From Mobula hypostoma (taxonomy: Eukaryota), in the NCBI RefSeq assembly GCF_963921235.1, contig NC_086123.1, positions 4,650,001 through 4,714,000 of the forward strand: a stretch of DNA of 64,000 nucleotides. Direction: 5' to 3'. Below, in pieces: positions 61,071-64,000 of this stretch. The position numbers and the translations under genes are program-made. The notes beneath the pieces are model-generated. The model searched no databases and was not told the origin of the DNA. It saw only the letters and a program-made list of their open reading frames with translations. How positions within the stretch are numbered: the first letter of the stretch is position 1; each line of letters opens with the position of its first letter.

Positions 61071-62768
61071 ATTGACTGTCCAACTACAAATATTTTGAGA
61101 TGTTGAACCCATGTAATCATAATTACTTACAATAATTTGTTAATCAAGAACAAGTCTTATCCCCTGAATTGTAAGTAAGCAAGATGTTAAAAATTGCTTA
61201 ACATTTTCATTGAAATGAACACTCTGACTTGAAAAACATATATCAGACTTTCCAGAAAATAACCGCTTCATCCAGGTGCTCAAATATGTCTGATGGCTTG
61301 GGGCAGATTTAACCTGCTGCAGCAAGTCATTAAAATGTAGGCTACAGTGCTGTGTTACAACTTAGGCCTGGAACTTGTAGATGGTCGGAGAAATCCTTTA
61401 ATGGAACTCCCAACTATTAATAAGAAATACATGACTGATTTATGAAAGATAAGGAAGACAATCAAAGAGATGCAAGTGACTGCAGATACTGAAATTTGGA
61501 GTAACATACAAAGTGCTGGAAAAACTCAGCAGGTCAGGCAGCATTTACAGAGGGAAATGAACAAAGTTCAAAGTAAATTTAATGCACAACTCTCTGACTG
61601 TGGTATGACAGCCATTGTTCATTTGCACAGAGGAAGGCATCCAGCACAGCAGCAAAGACAATAGCTTTATCTAAACACAGGAGATTTTGCAGATGCTGAA
61701 ACTATTTAAATTTATCTAAAGGTTTAAGAGGCAATTACTACCAGCTCAGCAATCTGTTCAAGAAAACTTTACAACACTGTGGACAGAGTAGCAAATTAAT
61801 TTTGTTATTTCAAAATGACCAGAAGCAAGTTTCAAATTTCCCAATTTTGAGGATGATTTTCAATTCCAGCTCAATTTTGGAATAACTTGAATTTCTCTTT
61901 AAATTTTAAACCTCTTATTATACGTTATTTTGAGGGCATTCACCTTGCACGATGAGAAACTTTTTCCCCTTAGAGAATCTGTCCACAACCAGAAGCCAGA
62001 GGCACGTTTAACATGAGCAAAATGAGATTTGAAGAATATTTTGACCTATGGCCCGAAACACTATCCTCTTGCTCCAACAGATACTGCCTTAGCCGCTGTC
62101 TTCCTTCAGCAGTTTCATTCCTCCCCCCCACCCCCCATAACTCCTGTATCTGTAGACTTCTGCATTTTTGTTTTAATCCAGAGGGCGGTTACAACCTGGA
62201 GTTCGCTGACTGAGGAGGCACTGGAAATCATCTGGGACAAATGGGAAAAAGAGTCATCAATGTGGTTGTGGGAATCATGAGTAGCAACTTAATCATGAAT
62301 ACTGGTGACCAGCCTAGCCTCTGAAATTGAGATAGAGGCTTCACTGAAGGGATAGACCATGTGGAGGCAAAAGTAGGGTGGAATTGATCAAGAAATTTTC
62401 TAATTTGGGGCAAAAACAGGAATAGGCATCTATACAATGTATTAGAAAGAAAGATTAAAATATTGAATGTGAATGCTCCTTTTAGGAAGTAAACAATATC
62501 AAAGAGAAAATTTTTAATTAAAGGACAAGTATATACTAGATGGAGAGGAACCATTTAAAACTCAATGCAGGAGGATGTCATCCTGATGGGGTGGGATTTC
62601 ACACAAGGTGAAAACGGAAACAGTGATGGGTGTTGGAAATGCAACACACACACAAAAGGAGCATGCTGGAAACAGTCAGGTCAGATAGCGTCCACGGAAA
62701 TTCAGATTAACGTAGTCATATACACCCAGGGTGCAATGAAATTCCTTATTTGCATGAAACTTCCAGAT

Positions 62769-62850
62769 TAGGGGTTTGCAACCCTTTTTTTTTAATACCA
62801 GTGACCCCTGCCATAATTGAGGGATCCATAGATCCCAGGTGGGGAACCTC
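62769..62850. mobile_element. Small hAT/Charlie-like MITE remnant inside a minus-strand Rex/Babar 3' fragment (about 62700-63070)
   Basis: TAGGGGTTTGCAACC ... GGTGGGGAACCTCC imperfect TIRs. Confidence 0.55.
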
Positions 62851-63254
62851 CATCATAGAATAAATAGTATACACAGCAATAATAAATACAATAGTGACAA
62901 GCAGTGCAAAATGAAATAGCACAAAAAAAGAGATCATGCAAAAGGTAGTATTAAGATCCAAGAACATGACAGCACTCCTGGGAAGGGGATGTGAAAGAGG
63001 TGATTGCTTCGGAAGTCTAATAACCACGGGGAAGGAGCTGTTCTTGAGTCTGGTTCTCCGAGCTCCTGTATTCTTCTCCCAGATTTCCAACATCTGCAGG
63101 TTTTGTTTATGACTTTTTCTAAAATTTTGGGCAGAGAGGTGGAAATAATTAAAGGGACTAAATGAAAACTACGTATTTACCATACTGCTGGACAACTAAA
63201 ATGTCCAGGACTTTACAGTGATGGTGACAGCGAAGGTTCATGATTGCTGAGACA

Positions 63255-63650
63255 CCAGGAACAGAGTTATGGGGAGAGAGTGAGCAGCCTGGGACTTTAC
63301 TGGTGAGCAGAACGAGTATGGGGTGATATGACAGAGATGTGTAACATCATGAGGGAGACAGACAGGGTGAAACCAGAGTCTTTTTCACCCCATGTTGGGG
63401 AAGTCAAGACAGAGACTTTAGGTTTAAGGTGATAGATTTATTAAGAACCTGAGGGGCATTTTTTTCACCCTCGGACTGGTCTCTGGTCAGTGTTTGGAAC
63501 CGGCTGCCAGAGGGAATGGTTGATGTAGGTACATTAATTAAATAAAAAGATTAGAGCCAAACACGGGCACATGGAACTAGTTCAGGTGGGAATCTTAGTC
63601 GGCATGGATGGGACGAGCCGAAGGGCCTGTTTCTCTGCCGTGTAACTATG
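63255..63650 (+). mobile_element. CR1 3' fragment
   Basis: Degenerate SYGERVSSLGLY...KNLRGIFF; CR1 tail. Confidence 0.7.
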
Positions 63651-63784
63651 ACCGCGACTCCAAGTTCACTGGAAGTTTCCGTCCGTTTTGGGAGAATTTA
63701 ACCCGGGGCGGAAGAAGGAGTTAATTTAACGGTAATGAAGACATTCCGCCCGTCTCCAAGCTGAGGCACCCGAACCTCCCTTAC

Positions 63785-63804
63785 CTGGACTTGAAGCGCA
63801 CCAT
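63785..63804 (-). CDS. POP5: POP5 exon 1
   Basis: ATG GTG CGC TTC AAG TCC AG|GTAA = MVRFKSR, the conserved POP5 start MVRFKxRY. Confidence 0.95.
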
Positions 63805-63970
63805 CACTGCCCGCGCACAGGAAACGAGGGCGGCCTCGCCGAGTGACAACGCAGCGGACGAATCACGACCGCGAAGGTGATGGGCGCTCCGATATCTGCG
63901 CCAATGGGTATAATGTACAGGCGGGGTTTGTGACGTCTTTCCGGGTGTGATGGGACATTGAGTTCAGTGC
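63805..63970 (-). promoter_or_regulatory. POP5 CpG-rich 5' UTR/promoter
   Basis: CCAAT 63901-63905, GGCGGGG 63920-63926, TGACGTC 63931-63937, TTCCGG 63939-63944. Confidence 0.6.
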
Positions 63971-64000
63971 GCTTGTGGTGTGGACTAGGTTAAGGCTGGG

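Noticed and set aside
1-64000. CRISPR arrays, tRNA/rRNA genes, prokaryote-like operons
   Set aside because: None seen; the tRNA-like A/B boxes belong to SINE heads

Overview
Vertebrate genomic DNA. The repeat content (CR1, Rex/Babar, Penelope and V-SINE families) suggests a cartilaginous fish, probably a ray; that assignment is inference. The window covers the conserved COQ5-RNF10-POP5 block: COQ5 exon 1 on the minus strand (1214-1394); a complete 17-exon RNF10 gene on the plus strand (9575-49186, about 780 aa, all exon phases consistent); and a complete 5-exon POP5 gene on the minus strand (63804-53530, about 168 aa). Each gene has a GC-rich promoter. Introns and intergenic DNA are dominated by CR1, Rex/Babar, Nimb/I, Penelope, Tc1/mariner, hAT and SINE remnants, with approximate boundaries. 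The most notable observations are: (1) a near-canonical PAM2 (PABP-binding) motif in RNF10 exon 14; (2) an ATF4-like short uORF plus overlapping uORF in the RNF10 leader; (3) three TSD-flanked fold-back Penelope-end insertions carrying minimal hammerhead ribozyme motifs, one on the sense strand of RNF10 intron 1; (4) a Nimb LINE fused to a probable GCC2 pseudo-exon beside the COQ5 promoter; and (5) a CR1 family with a doubled endonuclease start seen in two independent copies. All homology calls come from motif recognition and recalled sequences, not from database searches.
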